Below are positions 18,088-28,825 of a DNA stretch of 64,000 bases, one piece after another. The translations under genes and the position numbers were made by a program. The number at the start of each line of letters is the position of its first letter. Position 1 is the first letter of the stretch. The DNA is from an uncultured Planctomycetaceae bacterium (GTDB lineage: Bacteria; Planctomycetota; Planctomycetia; Isosphaerales; Isosphaeraceae): assembly GCA_963833985.1 (NCBI GenBank), contig CAWIAD010000002.1, positions 5,216,001 through 5,280,000 on the forward strand, read 5' to 3'. The notes beneath the pieces are model-generated. The model was not told the DNA's origin and ran no database searches. It saw nothing but the letters and a program-made list of their open reading frames with translations.

Positions 18088-19674
18088 ATGGATGGACTCC
18101 ATCTGAGCAAGCTGCTCGACCACGCCGCGACCGAGCGGCCGGACCACGCGGCGATACTTGACGAGCATGGCCGCAGCCTGTCTTATGCCATGCTGCGGCA
18201 TGAGGCGGATCGCCTCGCCACACGGCTGGCCCGCTGGGGAGCGGGCCGGGGCGACCGCGTGGGGCTGTGGCTGCCCAAGAGCCTTCAGGCCGTCGCCGCC
18301 GTCCACGGCATCCTCCGTTCGGGGGCCGCTTATGTGCCCGTCGATCCCACGGGCCCGGCCCTCCGCGCCGCGGGCATCTTCGCATCGGCCGGAGTGAAGG
18401 CGGTGGTCGTAGACCGTGCGCTGGCGGGTGCTCTGAAGGATGCCTGGACCGGTCCGGGGCCCCTGCCCCGCGCGATCATTGTTGATCGGGACGGCTCCGA
18501 GCCAGCCCCCGTCGCCGCTCCCGACGCCCACTGGGCCGATATCGTGGCCGACGATGCGTCTTCTCCCCTGCCGCTGATCCGTGATGCGGAAGACCTGGCC
18601 TACATCCTGTTCACCTCGGGCTCCACGGGCCAACCCAAGGGTGTCATGCTCTCGCACGGCAACGCCTTCACGTTCCTGGACTGGTGCCAGCAGACGCTTG
18701 GCCCCTGGCACGCGGACGACCGCTTCTCCTCGCACGCGCCTTTCCATTTTGACCTGTCGGTCTTCGACCTCTTCATGGCTTGCCGCAACGCCGCGACGCT
18801 CGTGCTCATTGGCGAGAGCCTGGCGAAGGAGCCCGAGGAACTGGGCGCGTTTCTCAGCCGGCAGCAGATCAGTGTCTGGTACTCGGCACCCTCCATCCTG
18901 GCCCTCATAGCGAGCCAAGGCGGGCTCGATCGCCCCGGACGCCAGGCCCCGCGGCTGGTGCTCTTTGCGGGCGAGGTCTTTCCGATCGGCCCCTTGCGCA
19001 GGCTCAGGCAGCTCTGGCCGGAGTCTCGGCTCTGGAACCTGTACGGCCCGACCGAGACCAACGTCTGTACGGCCTACCCGATTCCGGACGACATCCCCGA
19101 GGATCGCACCGCTCCCTATCCCATCGGATCGGTCTGTCCTCCGCTGCGGGCGCGGGTCGTCGACGAGCAGGGCAACGATGTGGCCGCCGGCGCACTGGGT
19201 GAGCTGGTGATCGCCGGGCCTGGCGTGATGCGTGGCTACTTCGGCCAGCCCGAGCTCACCGCCCGCGCGTTCTTCACCAGCGATGAGCAGACGCGCTGGT
19301 ATCGTACGGGCGACCTTGTCGTCGACGATGGCACCGGCTGCTACCAGTTCCACGGGCGCCGCGACCGCATGGTCAAGAAGCGCGGCTACCGCATCGAGCT
19401 CGGAGAGATCGAGTCCGCCCTGTACCGTCATGACGGCGTCGACCGCGCGGCCGTCGTGGCCCGTTCCGACGAGGCGGGAGTGTCGATCGCGGCCTTCGTG
19501 GCCCTCAAGCCCGACCACAAGAGGTCCATCATCGCCATGAAACGGCATTGCACCGTCTACCTGCCCCACTACATGGTACCCGACACGATCACCTTTCTGG
19601 GCAGCCTTCCCGCTACCTCGACGGACAAGGTGGACTACCAGCGCCTCGGGACGATCGCGGGGGAGGAAAGCTGA
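18088..19674 (+). CDS. Stand-alone amino acid adenylation enzyme (DltA/AlmE-like carrier-protein ligase)
   Basis: AYVPVDP, YILFTSGSTGQPKG, FHFDLSVFD, NLYGPTET, GELVIAGPGVMRGY, YRTGD, RGYRIELGEIE, LPHYMVP; no fused T or C domain. Confidence 0.92.
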   Translation: MDGLHLSKLLDHAATERPDHAAILDEHGRSLSYAMLRHEADRLATRLARWGAGRGDRVGLWLPKSLQAVAAVHGILRSGAAYVPVDPTGPALRAAGIFASAGVKAVVVDRALAGALKDAWTGPGPLPRAIIVDRDGSEPAPVAAPDAHWADIVADDASSPLPLIRDAEDLAYILFTSGSTGQPKGVMLSHGNAFTFLDWCQQTLGPWHADDRFSSHAPFHFDLSVFDLFMACRNAATLVLIGESLAKEPEELGAFLSRQQISVWYSAPSILALIASQGGLDRPGRQAPRLVLFAGEVFPIGPLRRLRQLWPESRLWNLYGPTETNVCTAYPIPDDIPEDRTAPYPIGSVCPPLRARVVDEQGNDVAAGALGELVIAGPGVMRGYFGQPELTARAFFTSDEQTRWYRTGDLVVDDGTGCYQFHGRRDRMVKKRGYRIELGEIESALYRHDGVDRAAVVARSDEAGVSIAAFVALKPDHKRSIIAMKRHCTVYLPHYMVPDTITFLGSLPATSTDKVDYQRLGTIAGEES

Positions 19675-19692
19675 GACCGAGGGGCCACAACA

Positions 19693-20723
19693 ATGAATCC
19701 GCTGCTCCGCGAGCTCTTCTGCTGGAAGTTCGTGTTTTACTCCCTGCTCTTGCCCGTGCTTCGCCGGCTGGGTCCGGTACGCTGCGATGCGGCCCTGCGT
19801 CGCCTGGGCCAGGCCCTGGCGGTGCTCTGTCCGGGACGAAAAAAGCGGTTGCAAGCCGCGCTCATGGCGGTTCAACCGGCGCTCGAACGGGATGCACCGG
19901 CCGCGGCGCTCTGGCTTGACCTGGCCGCCGGCTCGGCGCGGTTCCAGGCGCGCGACTGCACGCTGGAAGGATCCTCGGAGAAGGCCCTCTGGCGCGGTTC
20001 GATGTCACGGGAAATGAGCGCCTTCAGCAAGCTCTGGAGGCCGGCCGCGGCGCGATTCTCGTCGGCAGCCACCACGGTGCGTACATTGCCGGCCTGCACT
20101 GGCTGGCCCGCGCCCGGTTGCCCCTGCGCGCCCTCATCCAGCGTCCACGGCACGTCTCGCGTGAATTGCGCGCGTGGTTCGATGAAGCCAGACCCCCGCA
20201 TCCGCAGAGCGAGATGTTCCTGCGCCGCGATTTGACGCCCGAGGAGGGCATCAAGCTGCTGTTCCGCGCCCGTGCCGCCCTGCGCGACGGCCAGGCGCTT
20301 TATCTCTGCGGGGACATCCCCTGGAACGGTCTGAACACGCGCCAGGGAACGCTGCTGGGCCAGCCGCTGAACTTCCTGGCCGTCTGGACCGAGCTCGCCG
20401 TACTCACGCGGGCTCTCGTGTTTTACGTGTTCTGTGCGCATCGTCCCGGCGGCAGGTTCCGCCTGGAGATCGAGGCGGCCGGCCAGGTTCACGCCGGGCA
20501 GGAGAACGACGCCATGGCCGATTATCTCAGGGAGCTCGAGGCGCGGATCGCCCACGATCCGACTTCGGCCGTCGCCCACCTGCTCTGGCCCTGCTTCAGC
20601 GGCTCGCCCGCAGCGAGGGCCAGCCGCCGAGCAACGCGGGGCCCGGCCGGCTTCCGTCCCGGCCGCCGCCAGCCCGCCCGTTTTATCGTCCCGAGAGTGG
20701 ATCGCCGCGACACGCCGGCTTGA
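19693..20723 (+). CDS. LpxL/LABLAT-like (lysophospholipid) acyltransferase, apparent frameshift near 19990
   Basis: After the shift reads RFDVTGNERLQQALEAGRGAILVGSHHGAY...LRDGQALYLCGD...TLLGQ...LAVLTRA, the layout of lipid A late acyltransferases. Confidence 0.7.
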
Positions 20724-22297
20724 CCCCGACGCCCGCCAGGTTGAGTGAATCCGCCTCGGCACCCCCCTCCAGGCGCTTCCCCGCCAGTTCATAACGCTGC
20801 GCTTTCCGCGTGCGTTCCGCGGCATCGAACCGGATCCGCAAGGTGGTCCGGTAAAAGCGAGCCGCGAACCGGCACACCTCTTTCCAGGCGGCCGGAGTGA
20901 GATCGAAGTGCCGGGCGCAGGCAGACGGATCAAGGGCTGGAGCGGGAATGCCGGCCGGCCAGCCGAACGCGCCGCGCGACTTCAGCGCGGCCAGCACGCT
21001 CTCGGCCAGCGCCAGGTGCCCCTCCAGCGAGGGGTGCATCGCGTCGTGGAACAGAGCATCATCGAGCTGGCCGCAAGCGTGCCGGGCGTGGAAGACCGCC
21101 TGGCCGTCGACCAGGACCGCTCCGTAGCGCGGGGCGAGCGTGCGGTAGACGTCCTGAAACGAGCTCACGCAGCGCATCGGATGGCCGTCCAGGTCGCGGG
21201 CCCGAACGTACTCGCGGTACGCCTCTTCCAGGCGCCCCGCCTGTTCGAGCATTCGAGCCAGGCGGAAGTGCGTCTCGGCAAAGCCAGGCTGCTGCGCGAT
21301 CAGGGCACGATAGCGCTCCATGCTTTGCTCGGGCTCATGCGCTTCCAGTGCGCGCGCCCACTCCACCTGACGGACGAACTCCTGACGTTGGGCCATGGGC
21401 AGATCAGCAGGCAAGAGCGACCGGTTCGGCTCGTAACCGGCGTCGTTTCCCGGCGGTATGATGACCACCGTGAGCACACCCGAGGCTTGCAGATCGGCCA
21501 GCATGATTTGCAGCCGGCGGCGAAAGTCTTCAAGCCGCTCGCGGTGCTCGGCAAGGGTGTGCGACGGCACGTCGGCAATGCTGCGCGGCCGTGGCTCCGG
21601 CGGGAGTGCAACCAACATGCGCTCCCGGGATTCGTGAACCAGCCGGCAGAGCGGCGAATGCTGCGTGACCCAGGCCGCCAGACGCTTCGTCCACCAGGCC
21701 GGTGGATCGTCCCGATAGTAGGGAACTTCCGAGGACCAGGCGTGCCGTGACGCGAACTCGTTGTGTCCCGCGTAGAGGATCACCGCGTCCGGGCGCTGCC
21801 GGGATTCCGCCAGCCGCTGGTGCATCTGCTCCAGCGTCCATCCGGGTCTGGCCTGCACTTCCAGGTGGAACATGCGCCGGGGGAACAGCCAGCGAAGCTG
21901 CCAGACGACGAGCTTGCCGACGGATAGCCAATCCTTGTACGGCACCCCCTCCGCGCTCGACTCGCCCACCACCACGATGGTGGCATCCTGATCCGGTCCG
22001 GCAGCCCTGGCCGGGGCGTTCGTCATGCTCAGCCGGGGTGCGCGATGCAGCCACGACGCATACAGGGCGCAGGAAAACTCGGCCAGCACCAGGCCCGCCA
22101 GCGTGGTCGTCGCCACAGCGGTGGCACGCAGGATGAGACGGCGGCCACGGCCCGGCCGGTGCCGCAGTCGAACGAACGCCAGCGCCGTGAGCACCGCCAG
22201 GCCGAGCGCCTCCCAGGATCAGCAACGGGTAAGCGGTTTCCACTGCCACCAGAATCGCAGCGCGGGAAGCTCCATCCTGGGGCGTCATGGACACCAT
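20683..22297 (-). CDS. Membrane-anchored SGNH-like protein with TPR insertion (apparent frameshift near 22205)
   Basis: VVGESSAEG, YAGHNEF, TPR-like PGFAETHFRLARML, DAMHPS; N-terminal TM segments. Confidence 0.75.
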
Positions 22298-22302
22298 CCT
22301 GA

Positions 22303-24088
22303 TCAGGGTGCCGGCGCGGGGTGCACGCCCAGGCCGGTGATCCCGGCCGACTCAGGCGGCTTACCCCCGGTGATCAACCTGGCCGCGTGCTGGTATTCGT
22401 TCTCGCGTTTCAGCCGCTCGCTGGGATCGTGGCGGATGAACGCGGTCAATCCGTAAAAGTGCCCGGAGCGCTCGCAGACAGTCGCCCAGCGCTCTCGCGT
22501 TCAACCCGAAATGCCTGGCACACTGGTCCGCATCGATCATGGGCGTGGCGGCCCTGGCGGGCCAGCCCAGAGCGTGACGGTCGTGCATCTGCTTGAGGGT
22601 CTCTTGAGCCAGCGCGAGATAACCGCACAGGTTGGGATGCTGCGCGTCGTGGTAGAAGTGGTCGTCCAGGATCTGGTGCGGGCTCACCGGTTTGAGCACC
22701 TGGGTGCTGTCGATGAGGATGAGCCGGGGATGGCGTGCGGCCACGTCATGGTAGGCCCGGCGAAATGCCTCGGGACAGCGCATGGGCATGGCATCGGCTT
22801 CACGCGCCGCGACGTAATGCGTTGCCGCTTCGTTCCACTCTCCCGCCCGTTCCAGCAACTGCGCCAGGCGGTAATGCGCCTCGGCAAACCCGGGCGCGGT
22901 CTTGAGCAGGGCGCGGTAGGCAGCGCAGGCTTGCGCCGGTTCGCCCGGCTCGAGCTCACGGGCATGATCAAAGCTCTGCGTGAAGGCCTCGCGCACGTCC
23001 CGGCCCGCGGTGGGAGGGAGGACCGACCGGCTGGGCTCGAAGTCGCCGTCGTTCGAACCAGGGACGATGAACACAGGCAGTGAGCCGATCGCCTCGCAGT
23101 AAGTGGCGATCGCCTCGGTCCTGCTCTGAAAGTCGCTCAGGATGCGGGCTCGCTCGCTCTCCGTACAGACCGGACGGTCGACGAGCTGCCGCGTGATCAC
23201 CGCCCGGGGGATCCGCTCGAGACGCTGATGGTCCAGGGTCTCGAGGATCAGCCGGCAGATCGACGACTGCCGCAGGATCAGGTCCACAAGTGACCTCACG
23301 GCCTTGCGCTCTTGCTCGTCATCGTAGTAGGGCGGGTTACGGTCCCAGGCATAGCGGCCCTGGAACTCGTTGTGGCCGGAAAAGAGCAGAACCAGGTCCG
23401 GCCGGTAGTTCAGAAAGGACAGCTTCTGATGCATCCGCTCCAGGGTCGCGCCGCCCTCCGCCCACATGTCGACCTCGATCTTCCGGTCCGGGAAGACCCG
23501 TTCGAGCTGCCAGCCGACAATCTGACCCACCGAGAGCCACGGGTGATAGGGCTCGCCGCGCCCGCTCGATTCCCCGATGACCAGGACGCGCAAGGGCTCA
23601 GCGCTCGATTCCGGTTTCTCGTCGGAAAACGCCGTCGGCAGTTTCGACGAGGCATCGGCCGTCCTGGCCCCGGGCTTCGGCGGTGCCGGGGCGCGATGCA
23701 GCCAGCCGGTCCAGACTGCCGCGGTCAGCTCCAGAATGCCCAGGCTCAGGACCAGCGAGCTCCAGAGCAGAAAAAGCCGGGCGATCCTGGGACGGCGGAA
23801 GATCGCCGCCCGCCCTCGAGTCAGCAGCAGGCTGCCGATGAGCAGTCCCAGAATGGCAATCGCCAGCACCGCCACGTAAGCGATGAGCAATCCATTCAGG
23901 AACGCGGTGGCGATGCTGCACCGCGTGGAATAAGGAAGAGATTCCCAGGCGAGCGAGAACCACGCGGGAACGAGCTCCCAGGCGAAGAATGCGCAGGCAC
24001 AAAGGCACCCCAGGCCCGCCAGGCGAAGAAGCCGCCCCGGTTGGAGCGATGCGCGGACGCCGTGCGACAGGGGATCGCTCTCTTTCAT
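22303..24088 (-). CDS. Paralogous membrane-anchored SGNH-like TPR protein (apparent frameshift near 22495)
   Basis: VIGESSGRG, FSGHNEF, PGFAEAHYRLAQLL, DAQHPN; the alternative frame continues to TGA at 22303 with a C-terminus resembling the neighbouring paralogue. Confidence 0.75.
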
Positions 24089-24304
24089 GAACGAGGATGA
24101 CTCCCCGATCGTATCCTGCCGTGCAAGACCCTGGACTCATTGAGCCGCCTATCTTACTGGAAATGCTCGATGTGGGTACACCAACTGGAAGTCGTTCGCA
24201 CGGGCCAGGGAACGCCGACGGCTGTTCATCGTCCACCGGCCGCGTTAGATTGAACCTCCTTCGAGCTGACCCTGAAACCCTGGTCTCCACGATCCGCGCG
24301 GCCC

Positions 24305-25495
24305 ATGTCGAGTGCTTCATCGTTGCGCCCCGATCCCGATCCGTTCGCCTCGATGTTCGAGACCGTCTCCGCACTGACGCAGCGGATCAAGGATGCCCTG
24401 GAGACCGACTTCACGGAGATCGCCCTGCACGGCGAGATCACGAACCTGGCCCGGCCGAAGTCGGGGCATCTCTACTTCAGCCTCAGGGACCAGTCCGCGG
24501 CGATCCGCGGGGTGATGTGGAGAGGCGACGCCCAGCGCCTGGCCTTCGACGTCTCGGACGGCCTGGCCGTGCGCTTGCTCGGCCGGCTCACGGTCTACCC
24601 TCCCCGTGGCGAGTATCAGGTCGTCGTCCGCCACCTCGAGCCCGATGGCCTGGGTGCACTCGAGCTGGCTTTTCGCCGGCTGCACGCCCGGCTTGCGGCC
24701 GAGGGGCTCTTCGATTCCGCGCGGAAGCGGCCGCTGCCGCGTTACCCGGGGCGCATCGTCATCGTCACCAGCCCGACCGGTGCCGCGGTTCGCGACCTGC
24801 TCCAGGTGACCGGCCGGCGCTGGAACCCCACGGAGATTCTCATCGCGCCGGCTCGCGTTCAGGGCAACGGTGCAGGCGCCGAGATCGCTGCCGCCATCAT
24901 GCTGGCCAACCAGGTCAAGGACGCCGAGCTCGTGATCATCGCCCGTGGGGGCGGGTCCGCCGAGGACCTCTGGGCCTTCAACGAGGAGATCGTGGTCCGC
25001 ACCATCGCGGCGTCGCGCCTGCCGACAATCTCCGCCGTGGGCCACGAGATCGACGTCACCCTGGCTGACCTGGCCGCTGACCGGCGCGCCCTCACACCCA
25101 GCGAGGCCGGCGAGCTCGCCGTGCCCGATGCCCGCGAGGTTGCCATGCACCTCGACCGCCTCGCCGAGCGCATCCGCATCCTCTCCGAGGCTCGCCTCTG
25201 CGAGGCGCGTGCCCGCCTCGACCAGCTTGGAAAGATCGCCGAGCAGGCCATGCACCGAACCCTCGAAGCGCGCCGACACCTCTTGACCCGCCTGGCCGCT
25301 TCGCTCGAGGCCCTCAGCCCCCTGGCCGTGCTCGCCCGCGGCTACAGCCTCACCTTCCAGGCCGACAAAACCACACTCGTCCGATCCGCCAGCGACGTTC
25401 GACCCGATGACCTCATCCACACCCGCCTGGCCTCTGGTCAGGTCACTTCCCGGGTGATCTCATCCATCTCACCTGGCACTCCCTCCACTTCCTGA
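24305..25495 (+). CDS. xseA: Exodeoxyribonuclease VII large subunit
   Basis: GEITN...SGHLYFSL, VTSPTGAAVRD, RGGGSAEDLWAFNEE, SAVGHEID, TPSEAGE, LSPLAVLARGYS. Confidence 0.96.
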   Translation: MSSASSLRPDPDPFASMFETVSALTQRIKDALETDFTEIALHGEITNLARPKSGHLYFSLRDQSAAIRGVMWRGDAQRLAFDVSDGLAVRLLGRLTVYPPRGEYQVVVRHLEPDGLGALELAFRRLHARLAAEGLFDSARKRPLPRYPGRIVIVTSPTGAAVRDLLQVTGRRWNPTEILIAPARVQGNGAGAEIAAAIMLANQVKDAELVIIARGGGSAEDLWAFNEEIVVRTIAASRLPTISAVGHEIDVTLADLAADRRALTPSEAGELAVPDAREVAMHLDRLAERIRILSEARLCEARARLDQLGKIAEQAMHRTLEARRHLLTRLAASLEALSPLAVLARGYSLTFQADKTTLVRSASDVRPDDLIHTRLASGQVTSRVISSISPGTPSTS

Positions 25496-25712
25496 ACTGA
25501 TACGGCTGCTGGAGCACCGAGTTAGCACTCTGGATAATCTCTAGCAGTCGCCACGACTGAATACGATTTGCACGGCCTGGAAGGATAGGTATTATTGATA
25601 GCCTACTTCAGGCAAGCCATCATCCCCTTCGTGCATCGAGACGGGTCCCACAGCGGAAGCGTACGCTTCCTGGCGGCACTCGCCAGGAATCCACACCACG
25701 GGAGACAGAACG

Positions 25713-28667
25713 ATGAGTCGTGATTCCGGAATTCCGGTCCACACGGGTTGGTTCGGACTGCGGCGCCCTTCTTCTTCAAGGGCACTTGCTGGCGGGAGGC
25801 GTTTGCCCCGGCGACGGCCTTGCGAGTTCCTGGACTTGCTGGAGGAGCGCACGCTTCTTTCCACGATCACTCTCGATATCGCCGGTGGCGCTCTCAGCTA
25901 CGCCGAGACAGGCACTCCCGGATCGGGCAGCGTGCTCACGGTGTCCACCACGGGCAAGGCCGGCAGCTACACGTTCAGTGAGTCGACTCAACCCATCACG
26001 CTTGGACCCGGTGCGGTCCTGGCCGGCTGGACGGGAAGCGGGACCGACACCGTCACCGGGCCGGATAGCTCCGTGACATCGATCGCGATCACGAAGCTCG
26101 GTCAAGATAACATCAACATCGAATCCGTGGATGCGAGCACGGTCGTTGATGCCGGTTCAGGAACCACCAGCGTGCACGTTGGCAATGCCGGCAGTCTGGC
26201 CGGCATCCAGGCCGCGATCACCGCCAGGTCCACCGGGGGCAGCGGCGTTCTGAGCGTGGACGATTCGAGCAACTCCGCGAGCCGCACCTTCAGTGTGACC
26301 AGCACCCAGGTCAACGGCAATGCTCTCGCCGACCCGATCACGTTCGGCACCGGCATCAGCAACGTGACGATCAAAGGGGGAACCGGCGACGATACGTTCA
26401 ATGTCAGCAGCTTCGGCACCGGCAGCCTGTCGAGTTACAACTTGCAGGGCGGCACCGGCACGAACACGCTGAACGTGACTTCCACCCTGGCCGGACTGAC
26501 CTTCACGAACCCAGGTCAGATCGTGGCCAGTCCGTCGCTGATTCTCAACTACGCCAACCTCGCGAGCGTCCACATCACCGAGCCGGCGACCGCACCTTCG
26601 GGCACGGCCGCAACGATCAAGGGCGTTGAAGGCACGCCAGTGAACAACCAGGTCGTCGCAACCTTCACCGACAGCGACCTGGGCGTGACCCCGACCGACT
26701 TCGCGGCCTCGATCAACTGGGGCGACAGCACGGCGGCTTCCAGCGGCCAGATCGTTTCCACCGGACCCGGCGCATTCGAAGTACTGGGAAGCCATACGTT
26801 TGCGGCCACGGGAACATTTCCGGTCAACGTCACGCTGAGCGCGCTGGGCGCAACCGGTTCGACCACCGTCGGCGGCACAACCATCGTGGTGACGACCACC
26901 GGCCCGGTCGCGTCCACGCCCAGTCCGATTGTATCGTCGGCCACGGTGGCCGCGGCGCCGCTGTCCGCGCAGGGTGCGCCGATCGCTGGTTACCAGGGAC
27001 TGCCGCTGAGTGATTACCCGGTCGTCAGCTCTCCATCGGCGGACGTCCTGGTCGCGACGTTCACAGACACCGGGACCATTGGAACTCCGGCGGATTACAC
27101 GGCCAGCATCAACTGGGGGGACGGCAGCGCCGCAACTTCAGCCACGCGCATCGTCTCCGCCGGAACCGCCAACGGAACGGTCTTCAGCGTCTACGGCGAC
27201 CACACGTACGCGGGTCTCGGCCCTTATCAGGTGGTCACCACAATCACCAAGACCGCGTCGGGCGCCCAGGCGGTTGCCACGTCCCAGGCGACCATCGTCG
27301 ATGCGCCGCTTTCAGGAACGACCACGCCGACGTTGAGCGTCACGGAGGGCATGTACTTCACGGGGACCCTCGCCTTGCTTACCGACACGAATCCCTCATC
27401 CAGCCCGGATCATTTCCGGATCATGATCGACTGGGGAGACGGCTCGCCCGAGTCGGCCGGCATCCTGGTGGCGAGCCCTTCGTCGGGGGGAAGCGGTGTT
27501 TCTTACGCTGTTGATGGAAGCCACACCTACGCCGACTCGCTCCCCACCGGCGCTCCGGGAACCGGCTTGCCGGGACCCCAGACCGGCAACTATCTGATCC
27601 ATGTTTATATCACCGAGACCGGCGGCGCGACGCTGAACCTGACCAATAACGCACTCGTCACGGACCGGGCCTTGACCCTCACCGGCAAGCTCAACCCCTC
27701 CAGCGACTCCGGCATCTCGAACAGCGACAACATCACAAACGTGGTGCAGCCGAACTTCATCGGCACGACCAGCGAGCCGGATGCCACGGTTTCGCTCTAC
27801 GCCACGGCGGCCGGCTCATCCTCGCCGGTCCTCCTGGGCACAACCCGGTCCGACTCCAGCGACGCCTGGAGCATCACTTCGAGCATGGCTCTGTCCGACG
27901 GCAGCTACGCCATCACCGCGCAGGCCACCGACAGCTCGGGGCACACAATCAGCAACATGACGACCATCGTGTCCAGCCTGGTGATCGACACGGTCGGACC
28001 GAAGGTGACGAACATCTACTTCGACCGCATCCACGGCCAGGTGCAGATCACCTTCCAGGATTTCGGCGGGGTGGGCAACGCCGGTGTGGGTATGAACCAG
28101 TCCACCGTGGTCGATGCCAACAACTACGCCTTCTCGCTCATCTACTCGCCGTTCAACCCCAAGCGTGTACCCAGGTTCCTGGTGACCTCGATCACCGTCA
28201 GCCCGGGCACGCAGACCGGCGCCCAGGCGGCGACCGTCGTCATCAACCACAACCGGTACCTCCGCGGGGGCCACTTCCTGTTCACGGCCCGCTCGGTGAG
28301 TCCGACGAACCTGACGGGCATCCAGGATATCGCGGGCAATGCGCTGGACGGCGAGTTCTACAGCTATTTCCCGTCGGGCAACAACCACCCGGGCGGCGAC
28401 TTTGTGGCCGAGATTGACGCTGAACACCATAAGGTCTACGCGCCGCGATCCGTGATCGGCTCGGCCACGCCCGTGAGTCCTCCCGGCACGCCGGGAACCT
28501 CCAGCCATATTCCGACCTACCAGCCGGGCCGTTCCAGGTACGGGACTGCCGCGGTCAAGCTCGCCAGCAAGCAGGTCGTGAACACAACTCCCAGGGCAAC
28601 GGCCACTCCGGTCGCGCGGGCCAGCCTGGCGCATGTACGGAGAGAGCTTCCGGCCAGGCGCCGTTGA
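25713..28667 (+). CDS. Secreted Thr/Ser/Gly-rich surface protein with PKD-like and bacterial Ig-like repeats (putative adhesin)
   Basis: Planctomycete export motif RRRP...LLEERTLLS; three (A/I)xI(N/D)WGD...G.HT(F/Y)A repeats; SDSGISNSDNITN Ig-like module; GIQDIAGNALDGEF. Confidence 0.85.
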   Translation: MSRDSGIPVHTGWFGLRRPSSSRALAGGRRLPRRRPCEFLDLLEERTLLSTITLDIAGGALSYAETGTPGSGSVLTVSTTGKAGSYTFSESTQPITLGPGAVLAGWTGSGTDTVTGPDSSVTSIAITKLGQDNINIESVDASTVVDAGSGTTSVHVGNAGSLAGIQAAITARSTGGSGVLSVDDSSNSASRTFSVTSTQVNGNALADPITFGTGISNVTIKGGTGDDTFNVSSFGTGSLSSYNLQGGTGTNTLNVTSTLAGLTFTNPGQIVASPSLILNYANLASVHITEPATAPSGTAATIKGVEGTPVNNQVVATFTDSDLGVTPTDFAASINWGDSTAASSGQIVSTGPGAFEVLGSHTFAATGTFPVNVTLSALGATGSTTVGGTTIVVTTTGPVASTPSPIVSSATVAAAPLSAQGAPIAGYQGLPLSDYPVVSSPSADVLVATFTDTGTIGTPADYTASINWGDGSAATSATRIVSAGTANGTVFSVYGDHTYAGLGPYQVVTTITKTASGAQAVATSQATIVDAPLSGTTTPTLSVTEGMYFTGTLALLTDTNPSSSPDHFRIMIDWGDGSPESAGILVASPSSGGSGVSYAVDGSHTYADSLPTGAPGTGLPGPQTGNYLIHVYITETGGATLNLTNNALVTDRALTLTGKLNPSSDSGISNSDNITNVVQPNFIGTTSEPDATVSLYATAAGSSSPVLLGTTRSDSSDAWSITSSMALSDGSYAITAQATDSSGHTISNMTTIVSSLVIDTVGPKVTNIYFDRIHGQVQITFQDFGGVGNAGVGMNQSTVVDANNYAFSLIYSPFNPKRVPRFLVTSITVSPGTQTGAQAATVVINHNRYLRGGHFLFTARSVSPTNLTGIQDIAGNALDGEFYSYFPSGNNHPGGDFVAEIDAEHHKVYAPRSVIGSATPVSPPGTPGTSSHIPTYQPGRSRYGTAAVKLASKQVVNTTPRATATPVARASLAHVRRELPARRR

Positions 28668-28825
28668 GCTCGGGCCGTCGAGTGCCGCGCGTCGCGTCCG
28701 GCCAGGGGTGGTCACCGCTCCCTTGGCCGGATCGCCTCCGGAGAGTACCTTGAGAATGGATCGAACCTGAAACCCAAGCGGTATCCCCTGAACGCGCCGG
28801 AACGCGCTTTGTCCGCGAGTGAACC

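Noticed and set aside
25522..25570. CIRCE (HrcA) operator
   Set aside because: Only the left arm TTAGCACTC is present, the right arm GAGTGCTAA is missing at 9-bp spacing, and no chaperone gene follows.
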